A stretch of DNA of 64,000 nt from Clostridia bacterium (GTDB lineage Bacteria; Bacillota; Clostridia; Oscillospirales; CAG-382): the NCBI GenBank assembly GCA_017447445.1, contig JAFSNK010000030.1:14260-78259 (forward strand). Reading direction: 5' to 3'. A model generated the notes under the pieces. The model was not told where the DNA came from. It was given only the letters and a program-made list of their open reading frames with translations, and did no database searches. Within the stretch, counting starts at the first letter, position 1, and each line of letters begins with the position of its first letter. A program made the position numbers and the translations under genes. This document shows positions 38,902 through 46,320 of this stretch, piece after piece.

Positions 38902-39741
38902 ATGAACAGAGATTACAAAAGAGTTCTTACGGTGCAGGATATTTCCTGCTTCGGGCAATGCTCGCTCACCGTGGCGCTGCCCGTTATTTCCGCCTGCGGA
39001 GTAGAAACTGTTATACTTCCCTCCGCCGTGCTTTCCACGCACACCGGCGGCTTTTCCGGGTTCACCTTCCGCGATCTTACCGACGATATCCCCGCGATAA
39101 CCGCGCACTGGTGCAAAGAAAACATTAAGTTCGACGCGATCTATACCGGCTATCTCGGCAGCAAGCGGCAGATAGATATGGTAAAGGATATGTTCGCGTC
39201 GCTCGGAAAAGAGGGATTCGTTAAGGTAGTAGATCCCGCCATGGCGGACAACGGAAAACTTTACACCGGGTTCGATAACGAATACGCGCGCGAGATGGCG
39301 ACTCTTTGCGCGCAGGCGGATATAGTGCTTCCGAACATCACGGAGGCGTGCTTTATGACCGGGTTCGAATACGCGGAGGAGTACGGCGAGGAATATATCG
39401 AAACGCTGCTTCAGGCGCTCGCCGCGTACGGTATGAACAACGTGGTCCTTACCGGCGTGAGCTATGAAAAGGATTTCACCGGCGTGGTGGTGAAGTACGA
39501 CGGCAGAGTAAAATACTACAAGCACCGCCGCGTCCCCACGAGCAGCCACGGCACCGGCGACGTGTTTGCCAGCGCGTTTGTAGGCGCGCTTATGAACGGC
39601 TTCGACGAATACGATTCCGCGCGCATCGCCGCCGATTTCACTCTGGAATGCATCGAACTCACGGTAGGAGACGAAAACCACAAATACGGCGTTAAATTCG
39701 AGCTGGCAATCCCTGAGCTTATTAAAATGCTGGGTAAATGA
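38902..39741 (+). CDS. pdxK: Pyridoxal/pyridoxamine kinase
   Basis: VLTVQDISCFGQCSLTVALPVISACG...DAIYTGYLGS...DPAMADNGKLY...HGTGDVFASAF. I trimmed the track ORF to the ATG at 38902. Confidence 0.85.
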   Translation: MNRDYKRVLTVQDISCFGQCSLTVALPVISACGVETVILPSAVLSTHTGGFSGFTFRDLTDDIPAITAHWCKENIKFDAIYTGYLGSKRQIDMVKDMFASLGKEGFVKVVDPAMADNGKLYTGFDNEYAREMATLCAQADIVLPNITEACFMTGFEYAEEYGEEYIETLLQALAAYGMNNVVLTGVSYEKDFTGVVVKYDGRVKYYKHRRVPTSSHGTGDVFASAFVGALMNGFDEYDSARIAADFTLECIELTVGDENHKYGVKFELAIPELIKMLGK

Positions 39742-39775
39742 CCGAAAAAAACACGGTTTGAATACTTACATAAAA

Positions 39776-39816
39776 ACGCCCGGAGCTAAAAGCTTCGGGC
39801 GTATTCTGTTTTTTCG
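39776..39816. terminator. Bidirectional intrinsic terminator between pdxK and fba
   Basis: An 11-bp stem ACGCCCGGAGC-5 nt-GCTTCGGGCGT, with an A-run upstream and a T-run downstream. Confidence 0.7.
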
Positions 39817-39899
39817 CAGCTTCTCCGCGAAAAAACTCCTTGGCGACAGAATGCGCGCTGTCCGGCAGAAAACAAGCGTTTTCGGCCGAAATCAAAGCG

Positions 39900-40868
39900 T
39901 CAGGCCTTGCCGCTGCAGCCGAGAACGTCGACGAGCTTGTGGCGAACGAGCTCTTTGATGTTGGCGCGAGCGGGTTTGAGATATTCGCGCGGGTCGAACT
40001 TATCCGGATGTTCGTTGAAGAACTTGCGGATGCTGCCGGTCATGGCGAGACGGAGGTCGGAATCGATGTTGATCTTGCAGACCGAGCTGCGCGCAGCTTC
40101 GCGGAGCTGGGATTCGGGAATGCCGACCGCGTCGGGCATCGCGCCGCCGTTTTCGTTTATCATCTTTACGTATTCCTGCGGAACGGAGGAGGAGCCGTGA
40201 AGCACTATCGGGAACCCGGGCAGGCGTTTTTCGACTTCTTTAAGCACGTCGAAGCGGAGAGGAGGCGGAACGAGCACGCCTTCTTCGTTGCGGGTGCACT
40301 GAGCCGCGGTGAATTTATAGGCGCCGTGAGAGGTGCCGATGGCTATCGCAAGCGAATCGCAGCCGGTGCTGCCGACGAATTCTTCGACTTCCTCGGGGCG
40401 GGTGTAGGATTCCGCGCCGTGGGCGACTTTAACTTCGTCCTCGATGCCGGCGAGGGTGCCGAGCTCGGCTTCCACGACGACGCCGTGAGCGTGAGCGTAT
40501 TCAACGACCTTCTTGGTGATCTCGATGTTTTCCTTGAAGGGTTTGGAGGAAGCGTCGATCATAACGGAGGTGAAGCCGCCGTCGATGCAGGCCTTGCAGG
40601 TCTCGAAATCGGGGCCGTGGTCGAGGTGAAGGACTATCGGGATCTCGGGGCATTCGATGACCGCCGCTTCGACGAGCTTCACCAGATAGGTGTGGTTCGC
40701 ATAGGCGCGGGCGCCCTTGGAGACCTGGAGGATAACGGGAGCGTGTTCCTCTTTGCAGGCTTCGGTGATCGCCTGGACGATCTCCATATTGTTGACGTTG
40801 AAAGCGCCGATGGCGTAGCCGCCGTTATACGCTTTTTTGAACATCTCGGTACTTGTTACGAGTGGCAT
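39900..40868 (-). CDS. fba: Class II fructose-1,6-bisphosphate aldolase
   Basis: YAIGAFNVNNMEIVQAI, LHLDHG and IAIGTSHGAYKF motifs. Confidence 0.95.
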   Translation of the reverse strand: MPLVTSTEMFKKAYNGGYAIGAFNVNNMEIVQAITEACKEEHAPVILQVSKGARAYANHTYLVKLVEAAVIECPEIPIVLHLDHGPDFETCKACIDGGFTSVMIDASSKPFKENIEITKKVVEYAHAHGVVVEAELGTLAGIEDEVKVAHGAESYTRPEEVEEFVGSTGCDSLAIAIGTSHGAYKFTAAQCTRNEEGVLVPPPLRFDVLKEVEKRLPGFPIVLHGSSSVPQEYVKMINENGGAMPDAVGIPESQLREAARSSVCKINIDSDLRLAMTGSIRKFFNEHPDKFDPREYLKPARANIKELVRHKLVDVLGCSGKA

Positions 40869-41023
40869 GGTATAAACTCCTTTTTGTTATTATTTTCCTT
40901 TGTTTCAGTTTACCGCAAACGCGCGGAAAAGTCAAGGGGTGCGATAAAGAAAAGTTTATGCCTTTTGCAACGACTTTAAGGTATATTTTCCGCCATTTTC
41001 GGCGTTTTTGCGCTTGATTTCGC

Positions 41024-41052
41024 ACGCGTATTATGATATATTATAAAATAAC
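41024..41052 (+). promoter_or_regulatory. Putative sigma-A promoter of the phosphofructokinase gene
   Basis: TTGATT-17 nt-TATATT with a TGn extended -10. Confidence 0.55.
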
Positions 41053-41078
41053 GAAATATGTAAAGAAAAGGTGGAACT

Positions 41079-42329
41079 ATGAGTACATTAAAAGGTGCAT
41101 GCATCATCGGTCAGTCGGGAGGACCGACTTCGGTTATCAACGCAAGCGCGTACGGCGCAATAAAGACCGCGCTCGAAAACGAAAACATCACCGCCGTCTA
41201 CGGCGCCTGCAACGGGATAAAGGGCGTGCTGGAAGACCGGCTTATCGACATGAGCAAAGAGGACAAGGAAGAGCTCGCGCTTATGCGCACCACCCCCTCC
41301 TCCGCGCTCGGCTCCTGCCGCTATAAGCTCAAGGACCCCGACGTCGACGACACCGATTACAAGCGCATACTTGAAATATTCAAAAAATACGACGTGCGTT
41401 ATTTCTTCTATAACGGCGGCAACGATTCGATGGACACCTGCAACAAAATAAGCAAATTTATGCTTAAAAACGGCTATGAATGCCGTGTGATGGGCATTCC
41501 GAAGACCATCGACAACGACCTTGCCGGGACCGACCACTGCCCCGGCTACGCCTCCGCCGCGAAGTACATCGCCACCTCGCTTATGGAGATATACCACGAC
41601 GCCCGCGTTTACGACACCGGGATGATAACCGTTGTGGAGATAATGGGACGCAACGCCGGCTGGCTCACCGCCGCCGCCGCGCTCGCCGTCGCCAAGGGCA
41701 ACGGGCCCGACCTTATCTACTGCCCCGAAAACGATTTCGACCTTGAAGCCGAAATGGAAAAGATCGAAAAGATATACAAAGCGAACGGCAAGTGCATAAT
41801 CGCCGTTTCGGAAGGCATTAAGGACAAGAACGGCAAATATATTTCGGAATACGGCAACGACCTTACCAACGCGAAGGACGGGTTCGGCCACGCGCAGCTC
41901 GGCGGGCTCGCCTCCTACCTCGCGGGAGTTATAAAAGAGCGCACCGGCGCGAAAGTCCGCGGCGTGGAGCTTTCCCTGCTCCAGCGCTGCGCCGCCCACT
42001 GCGCTTCGCTCACCGATATAAACGAATCGTTCCTCGCCGGGAAGAGCGCCGTCGAATACGCGACCAGCGGCGTGACCGACAAAATGGTCGGGTTCGAGCG
42101 CAGCTATGACGCGAACGGCAAATACGTCTGCAACATAAAGCTGTTCGACCTCACCCTTGTCGCCAACACCGAAAAGAAGATACCCGCCGACTGGTTCAAC
42201 GCCACGAAGGACGGTCTGAACGAAAAGTTCATTCAGTACGCGCTCCCGCTTATCCAGGGCGAGACCGATATGGTGAAGGAAGACGGACTTCCCAGGTTCG
42301 TGCATCTTAAAAAGATACTCGCGAAATAA
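41079..42329 (+). CDS. pfp: Phosphofructokinase, probably PPi-dependent
   Basis: IGQSGGPTSVINAS, GGNDSMDT and IPKTIDNDL motifs. The Asp in GGxDS and the Lys in PKTIDND match the PPi-versus-ATP specificity signature as I recall it. Confidence 0.8.
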   Translation: MSTLKGACIIGQSGGPTSVINASAYGAIKTALENENITAVYGACNGIKGVLEDRLIDMSKEDKEELALMRTTPSSALGSCRYKLKDPDVDDTDYKRILEIFKKYDVRYFFYNGGNDSMDTCNKISKFMLKNGYECRVMGIPKTIDNDLAGTDHCPGYASAAKYIATSLMEIYHDARVYDTGMITVVEIMGRNAGWLTAAAALAVAKGNGPDLIYCPENDFDLEAEMEKIEKIYKANGKCIIAVSEGIKDKNGKYISEYGNDLTNAKDGFGHAQLGGLASYLAGVIKERTGAKVRGVELSLLQRCAAHCASLTDINESFLAGKSAVEYATSGVTDKMVGFERSYDANGKYVCNIKLFDLTLVANTEKKIPADWFNATKDGLNEKFIQYALPLIQGETDMVKEDGLPRFVHLKKILAK

Positions 42330-42343
42330 CCCGAGAAAAGCAG

Positions 42344-42382
42344 AAGGGGACAAGAGACGCGTTCTTGTCCCCTTGAACTTTT
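42344..42382 (+). terminator. Intrinsic terminator after pfp
   Basis: A 12-bp stem AAGGGGACAAGA-7 nt-TCTTGTCCCCTT followed by GAACTTTTA. Confidence 0.6.
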
Positions 42383-42458
42383 ATAAAGCGCTTGAAAAAC
42401 CCGCGCGCGCGTGGTATACTGGACCGGGGAGCACCGCGCCCCTTAAAGGAGACGTTTT

Positions 42459-43319
42459 ATGACACACGCAGAAAAAACAGACCTGCATATGCACACCGTC
42501 GTATCGGACGGGACCGACACGCCGGAAGAACTGCTTGAAAAGGTAAAAGAAGCGGGGATAACGGTGTTCGCGGTGACCGACCACGACGCGGTAAAGGCGG
42601 GAAAAGCGATACGCGCGCGGCTGAAAGCGGGGGCCCCGGCGTTCATTCAGGGCGCGGAGTTTTCCTGCCGGGACGAAAACGGAAAATATCACATACTCGG
42701 TTACGGGTTCGATCCGGATCACGCGGCGATGCGCGGACTTATAGAGCACGGGCACGCTCTGCGGGTGAAAAAAGTCGCCGCGCGGATAGATTTTCTCGCG
42801 TCGGAATTCGGGTTCGCCTTTACCGAGCGCGAGCTGAAAGAGCTTTTTGCTTTGGACAACCCCGGCAAGCCGCACATAGGGAACCTTATGGTGAAGCACG
42901 GCTACGCCCGGACGAAAAAGCAGGCGATAGACGAATATATAAACCGTATGCGGTTCCGGAGCGAATACGTCCGCCCGGAGGAAGCGATAGAGGGGATAAT
43001 TTCCGCCGGAGGGATCCCGGTGCTGGCGCATCCGTTCTACGGCAGCGGCGACGAGCTCATACTCGGCGCGGAGATGGACGAACGGATAAAACGGCTTGCG
43101 GCGATGGGGCTCGAAGGGCTGGAAGCTTATTATTCCGGGTTCACCGCGAAGCTTCGCGGCGAGGCGCTGGAGCTTGCGGAACGGCACGGATTATACGTCA
43201 CGGCGGGCAGCGATTACCACGGCGCGAACAAAATGGTGGAGCTGGGCGACACCGGGCTCGGCGCCGGGGAGGAATACCCGGGACCACTTAAAAGATTTTT
43301 GGAGATCTTCGGATCATGA
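42459..43319 (+). CDS. PHP-domain metal-dependent phosphoesterase (TrpH/YciV-like)
   Basis: DLHMHTVVSDGTDTPEELL...AVTDHD...AHP. Confidence 0.8.
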   Translation: MTHAEKTDLHMHTVVSDGTDTPEELLEKVKEAGITVFAVTDHDAVKAGKAIRARLKAGAPAFIQGAEFSCRDENGKYHILGYGFDPDHAAMRGLIEHGHALRVKKVAARIDFLASEFGFAFTERELKELFALDNPGKPHIGNLMVKHGYARTKKQAIDEYINRMRFRSEYVRPEEAIEGIISAGGIPVLAHPFYGSGDELILGAEMDERIKRLAAMGLEGLEAYYSGFTAKLRGEALELAERHGLYVTAGSDYHGANKMVELGDTGLGAGEEYPGPLKRFLEIFGS

Positions 43320-44536
43320 AGTTTATTGAATTCGACACCCGCGATAAAAAACCGAAGCTGTATTCGCTGCTCGCGGTAACGCTTGCCGCCGCCGCGGCGA
43401 TAGCGGCGATCGCATTGATAAACCCGCCGGAAGCCGCGGGGCTGATCTGCCTTACCATAGCTTTGTATTGCCTTGCGGCGGTAGCCGACCTGCTTTACAC
43501 CTTCCGCGAGCAGATACGCTATAACCCCTATTCCTACAACACGATCTTTTATTTCGGATTCGCGGTGTTCGCGTTCTTCGCGTTCGTTTCGCAGACGTTC
43601 ACCACGGTGCGGATCTTCGGGAACTCCGGCTACGCGACGGCGAGCACGGTGATAAACGCGGTGCTGTTTTCCGCAAGGAATTACATTATTATTTCCGCGC
43701 CGTTCCTGTTTGTGTTCTGCGCCGGGCTGTGCGTTTCGAATTTCTCGCTGCTCCGGCACGAGGGGAAAAAGCCGGTGAACCTGCTGGGCATAGTGCTTTC
43801 GCTGCTGATAATCGCCGGAGAGGTGTTTATTTTGACCTACGATTTCGCGGCGTCCGGCAGCCAGACGGAGGTAATGCTGCACGATATAAAGGTGAACGTG
43901 TTCTGCGCGGTATTCCTTTATTTCGAATGTATGCTTATCGGCACGATAGCGGCGGACGCGATAGTTGCGAAGCACGAGCCGGAAAAGAACAAGGATTACG
44001 TTATCGTGCTCGGCTGCGGGCTTAAAAAGGACGGCTCCCCCACCCCGATACTCAAAGGCCGCGTCGACCGCGCGCTGGCTTTTGTTAAAGAGCAGGAGGA
44101 GCAGACCGGTAAGAAAGCGATTTTTATAACCTCCGGCGGCAAGGGCACGGACGAAAGAAATTCCGAAAGCCGCGCGATGAAGAATTATCTGCTGGAACAG
44201 GGAGTGCCGGAGGACCGGATAATCGAGGAGGACCGCTCACGCACGACCTACGAGAACATGAAGTATTCCAAAGAGATAATTTTACGCGAGGATCCGCAAG
44301 CCAAGATCGCGTTTGCCACCACGAACTTCCACGTTTTCCGCAGCGGTCTTTTCGCACGGAGGTTCAAAATGCGCGCCGTGGGTATGGGCGCCGAAACGAA
44401 GTGGTATTTCTGGCCGAACGCCGCGGTGCGCGAGTTCGCGGGGCTTATTATCAACCACGTCGGCAAACAGCTTATCATACTCGGCTCGATGATCGCGTTT
44501 TACACGGCGCTGACCGTTATCGCTTACAACTTATAA
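43316..44536 (+). CDS. Membrane protein with a C-terminal DUF218 (YdcF/ElyC-like) domain
   Basis: Multiple N-terminal TM helices, then YVIVLGCGL...GRVDRAL...ITSGGKG...SESRAMKNYL...TTYEN. It overlaps the PHP gene by 4 nt. Confidence 0.75.
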   Translation: MKFIEFDTRDKKPKLYSLLAVTLAAAAAIAAIALINPPEAAGLICLTIALYCLAAVADLLYTFREQIRYNPYSYNTIFYFGFAVFAFFAFVSQTFTTVRIFGNSGYATASTVINAVLFSARNYIIISAPFLFVFCAGLCVSNFSLLRHEGKKPVNLLGIVLSLLIIAGEVFILTYDFAASGSQTEVMLHDIKVNVFCAVFLYFECMLIGTIAADAIVAKHEPEKNKDYVIVLGCGLKKDGSPTPILKGRVDRALAFVKEQEEQTGKKAIFITSGGKGTDERNSESRAMKNYLLEQGVPEDRIIEEDRSRTTYENMKYSKEIILREDPQAKIAFATTNFHVFRSGLFARRFKMRAVGMGAETKWYFWPNAAVREFAGLIINHVGKQLIILGSMIAFYTALTVIAYNL

Positions 44537-44553
44537 CCGCCTTATAACAAGTA

Positions 44554-44587
44554 CGGCCGGCGCGAAACGCGCCGGCCGCTTTTTTTG
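44554..44587. terminator. Strong GC hairpin terminator between convergent genes
   Basis: CGGCCGGCGCG-AAA-CGCGCCGGCCG followed by CTTTTTTT. Confidence 0.75.
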
Positions 44588-44589
44588 TT

Positions 44590-45930
44590 TTAATACTCTT
44601 TGATCGCTACGCATTCAAGACTGTTGAACGTCCCCTTTAATTCTTCCCTCAATTCGCGGATCATTTCCGCGGGAATGCGGGAATTCTGTATATAGAGTTT
44701 GAGTCCTTCAACACCCTCGGGTATAAGTCTGCCGACGTTGATCTGACCGTCGCCGGCGTCGCCTGCGCGCTGGATCTCGGCGGCGATAATGTTAACTTTG
44801 CAGCCGTCGCCGACGCGTGCAAGCAGGTTTGCAAACGTTACCTGCGAAATAAACGTGTTTGCAAATTCGATTATGCATCCGTCAAAACCGGATTCCGGCT
44901 CCGACGCCGCCGAACCGTCGTAGGTTTCTTTACAGTTTGCAAACGTGAGTCTGCATCCGTCGCCGAGTTTATCGAGCGCCAGCTTAACAGCGCCGGTGCA
45001 GAGCAGCGCGTTGGCGACTTCGATCCTGCAGCCGTCCGTCCTGTCGCCGGGATCGACGCTCTTAACCGGATCCGAACGCTCGATCATCACGTTGGCGAAT
45101 ATGGCGTTCTGACCGTCGTCAAGCAGCCCGAGCTGCTCCGCGAACTGTTGTTCGTCCATCCGGCGGTTTCCGATCTCGAGGTCGTATTCGATTTCCTCGT
45201 CCTCTTCATCCTCGTCCTCGTCAAGATGATCGATGATATCCTCGAGGTCTTCGGGATCCAGACGCACCCTTTGCTTTTTCAGGACAGAAGAAACGATATT
45301 CTTCACAGTTGCGCCGACATCTCCGAGCTTGTCAAGCTGATCAAGCCCGTGGATTTCGAACCCTTCCTTTTTTCCGGGGGATGACGCGCCCGCGCAGGCG
45401 TGCCGCCATTCCTCGTAAGTGCAGTCCGGCAAGGCGGCGTATACCTCGGGATCCGCCGGGGCGTCGAGCGTAACACGGCAGTCATACGCGAAAATATTGA
45501 TCTGATATACCGCGCCGTCGCCGGTGGAATACGGCAGCTCGAACACGCGTACCAGCCCGCCGTCCGCCGTCTTTTTATTGACCGACGGCGCAAACCGGCT
45601 CTGGGCGAGCGGATAAACGGTTTTGTCATCCGGATCGAGCACGTCGAAGATCGCGGCTCGCAATTCAGATCCGTCGCAAAGTGTGCCGTCGCTGACGACC
45701 TCTATGCGAAAAACGCAATCGGTGTGCGGTTCGAGATCTTTCTTTGCGAATATCCACGTGCCGAAATGGTCGCGGCTGCCCGGCGCTCCCTGCCTCTTCC
45801 AGTCGTCAACGGTACCGAGCTCAAACACCTCGCGGTACGAACCGTTTTTGGTGACGAACATACGTCCGCCATACTTATTCTGCGAACCGAATCTGAAATC
45901 TCTTGCTTTGAATTCTATAATGTTTTCCAT
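44590..45930 (-). CDS. Hypothetical cytoplasmic protein (446 aa) with an acidic linker and C-terminal DGC-x-FAN repeats
   Basis: Long ORF with host-like codon usage and an AGGAG RBS. It has no signal peptide. I recognise no family. Confidence 0.7.
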   Translation of the reverse strand: MENIIEFKARDFRFGSQNKYGGRMFVTKNGSYREVFELGTVDDWKRQGAPGSRDHFGTWIFAKKDLEPHTDCVFRIEVVSDGTLCDGSELRAAIFDVLDPDDKTVYPLAQSRFAPSVNKKTADGGLVRVFELPYSTGDGAVYQINIFAYDCRVTLDAPADPEVYAALPDCTYEEWRHACAGASSPGKKEGFEIHGLDQLDKLGDVGATVKNIVSSVLKKQRVRLDPEDLEDIIDHLDEDEDEEDEEIEYDLEIGNRRMDEQQFAEQLGLLDDGQNAIFANVMIERSDPVKSVDPGDRTDGCRIEVANALLCTGAVKLALDKLGDGCRLTFANCKETYDGSAASEPESGFDGCIIEFANTFISQVTFANLLARVGDGCKVNIIAAEIQRAGDAGDGQINVGRLIPEGVEGLKLYIQNSRIPAEMIRELREELKGTFNSLECVAIKEY

Positions 45931-46112
45931 AAAAAAATACTCCTGTTATCAATTGTGTTGACAACGGACGGAGCACGAGTATGCAAAAGCCGGATAATGC
46001 GGTCGCCGGCATACTCTGCCCGACCGTGTTTCACCAGCCCCGCCGCCCTTTTCGGGTAGGTCGTGCCGATGATCTTTCCTTCTGCATCCGTTACAATAAA
46101 GTTTTTTGCTAT
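45915..46112 (-). CDS. Candidate unannotated small protein (65 codons counted from AUA) with an RRXRR-like N-terminal motif and no canonical start codon
   Basis: The hand-translated minus-strand frame reads (I)AKNFIVTDAEGKIIGTTYPKRAAGLVKHGRAEYAGDRIIRLLHTRAPSVVNTIDNRSIFLWKTL*. AAAGGGGGAG lies 6 nt upstream of the AUA at 46112. The first canonical in-frame start is a GTG at 46034, which would cut through the motif. The stop lies 14 nt inside the 446-aa gene. Confidence 0.3.
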   Translation of the reverse strand: MAKNFIVTDAEGKIIGTTYPKRAAGLVKHGRAEYAGDRIIRLLHTRAPSVVNTIDNRSIFLWKTL

Positions 46113-46126
46113 GGGTTTCTCCCCCT
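46101..46126 (-). repeat. Leader direct repeat, copy 3 in transcript order
   Basis: The minus strand reads AGGGGGAGAAACCCATAGCAAAAAAC. Confidence 0.8.
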
Positions 46127-46161
46127 TTGTAACCGATTATTCAATTTTCTTTACGGCTTGC

Positions 46162-46187
46162 GTTTTTTGTTATGGGTTTCTTCCCCT
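46162..46187 (-). repeat. Leader direct repeat, copy 2
   Basis: The minus strand reads AGGGGAAGAAACCCATAACAAAAAAC. Confidence 0.8.
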
Positions 46188-46210
46188 GCCGTTCGCATTT
46201 GCGGTCAACG

Positions 46211-46236
46211 TCTTTTTGTTATGGGTGCCTCCCCCT
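46211..46236 (-). repeat. Leader direct repeat, copy 1
   Basis: The minus strand reads AGGGGGAGGCACCCATAACAAAAAGA. It begins a few nt after the predicted TSS. Confidence 0.8.
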
Positions 46237-46246
46237 CCGCGGTTTT

Positions 46247-46275
46247 ATTATAACACGGTCAAAACGGTTTGTCAA
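46247..46275 (-). promoter_or_regulatory. Exact-consensus sigma-A promoter of the repeat leader and 446-aa gene
   Basis: The minus strand reads TTGACA-17 nt-TATAAT, immediately after the upstream terminator. Confidence 0.65.
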
Positions 46276-46278
46276 CAG

Positions 46279-46305
46279 AAAAACGCCCTTTTACCGGGCG
46301 TTTTT
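46279..46305 (-). terminator. Intrinsic terminator of the GH73-dockerin gene
   Basis: The minus strand reads AAAAACGCCC-GGTAAAA-GGGCGTTTTT. Confidence 0.7.
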
Positions 46306-46320
46306 GAAATCGTTTTGTTT

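Noticed and set aside
46101-46236. The three 26-nt repeats as a mini CRISPR array
   Set aside because: There are only three imperfect copies with unequal 23- and 35-nt spacers, no palindromic repeat core and no cas genes. They sit inside a 5' UTR directly behind a promoter.
46101-46236. The repeats as tandem preQ1-I-type riboswitch aptamers (the ACCC...AAAAAAC tail resembles the preQ1-I 3' half)
   Set aside because: The possible P1 stem is only GGG/CCC with a 7-nt purine loop. It lacks the 5-bp stem and the conserved loop nucleotides (UUC, UAG) of preQ1-I as I recall them. A covariance-model scan would be needed to exclude it formally.
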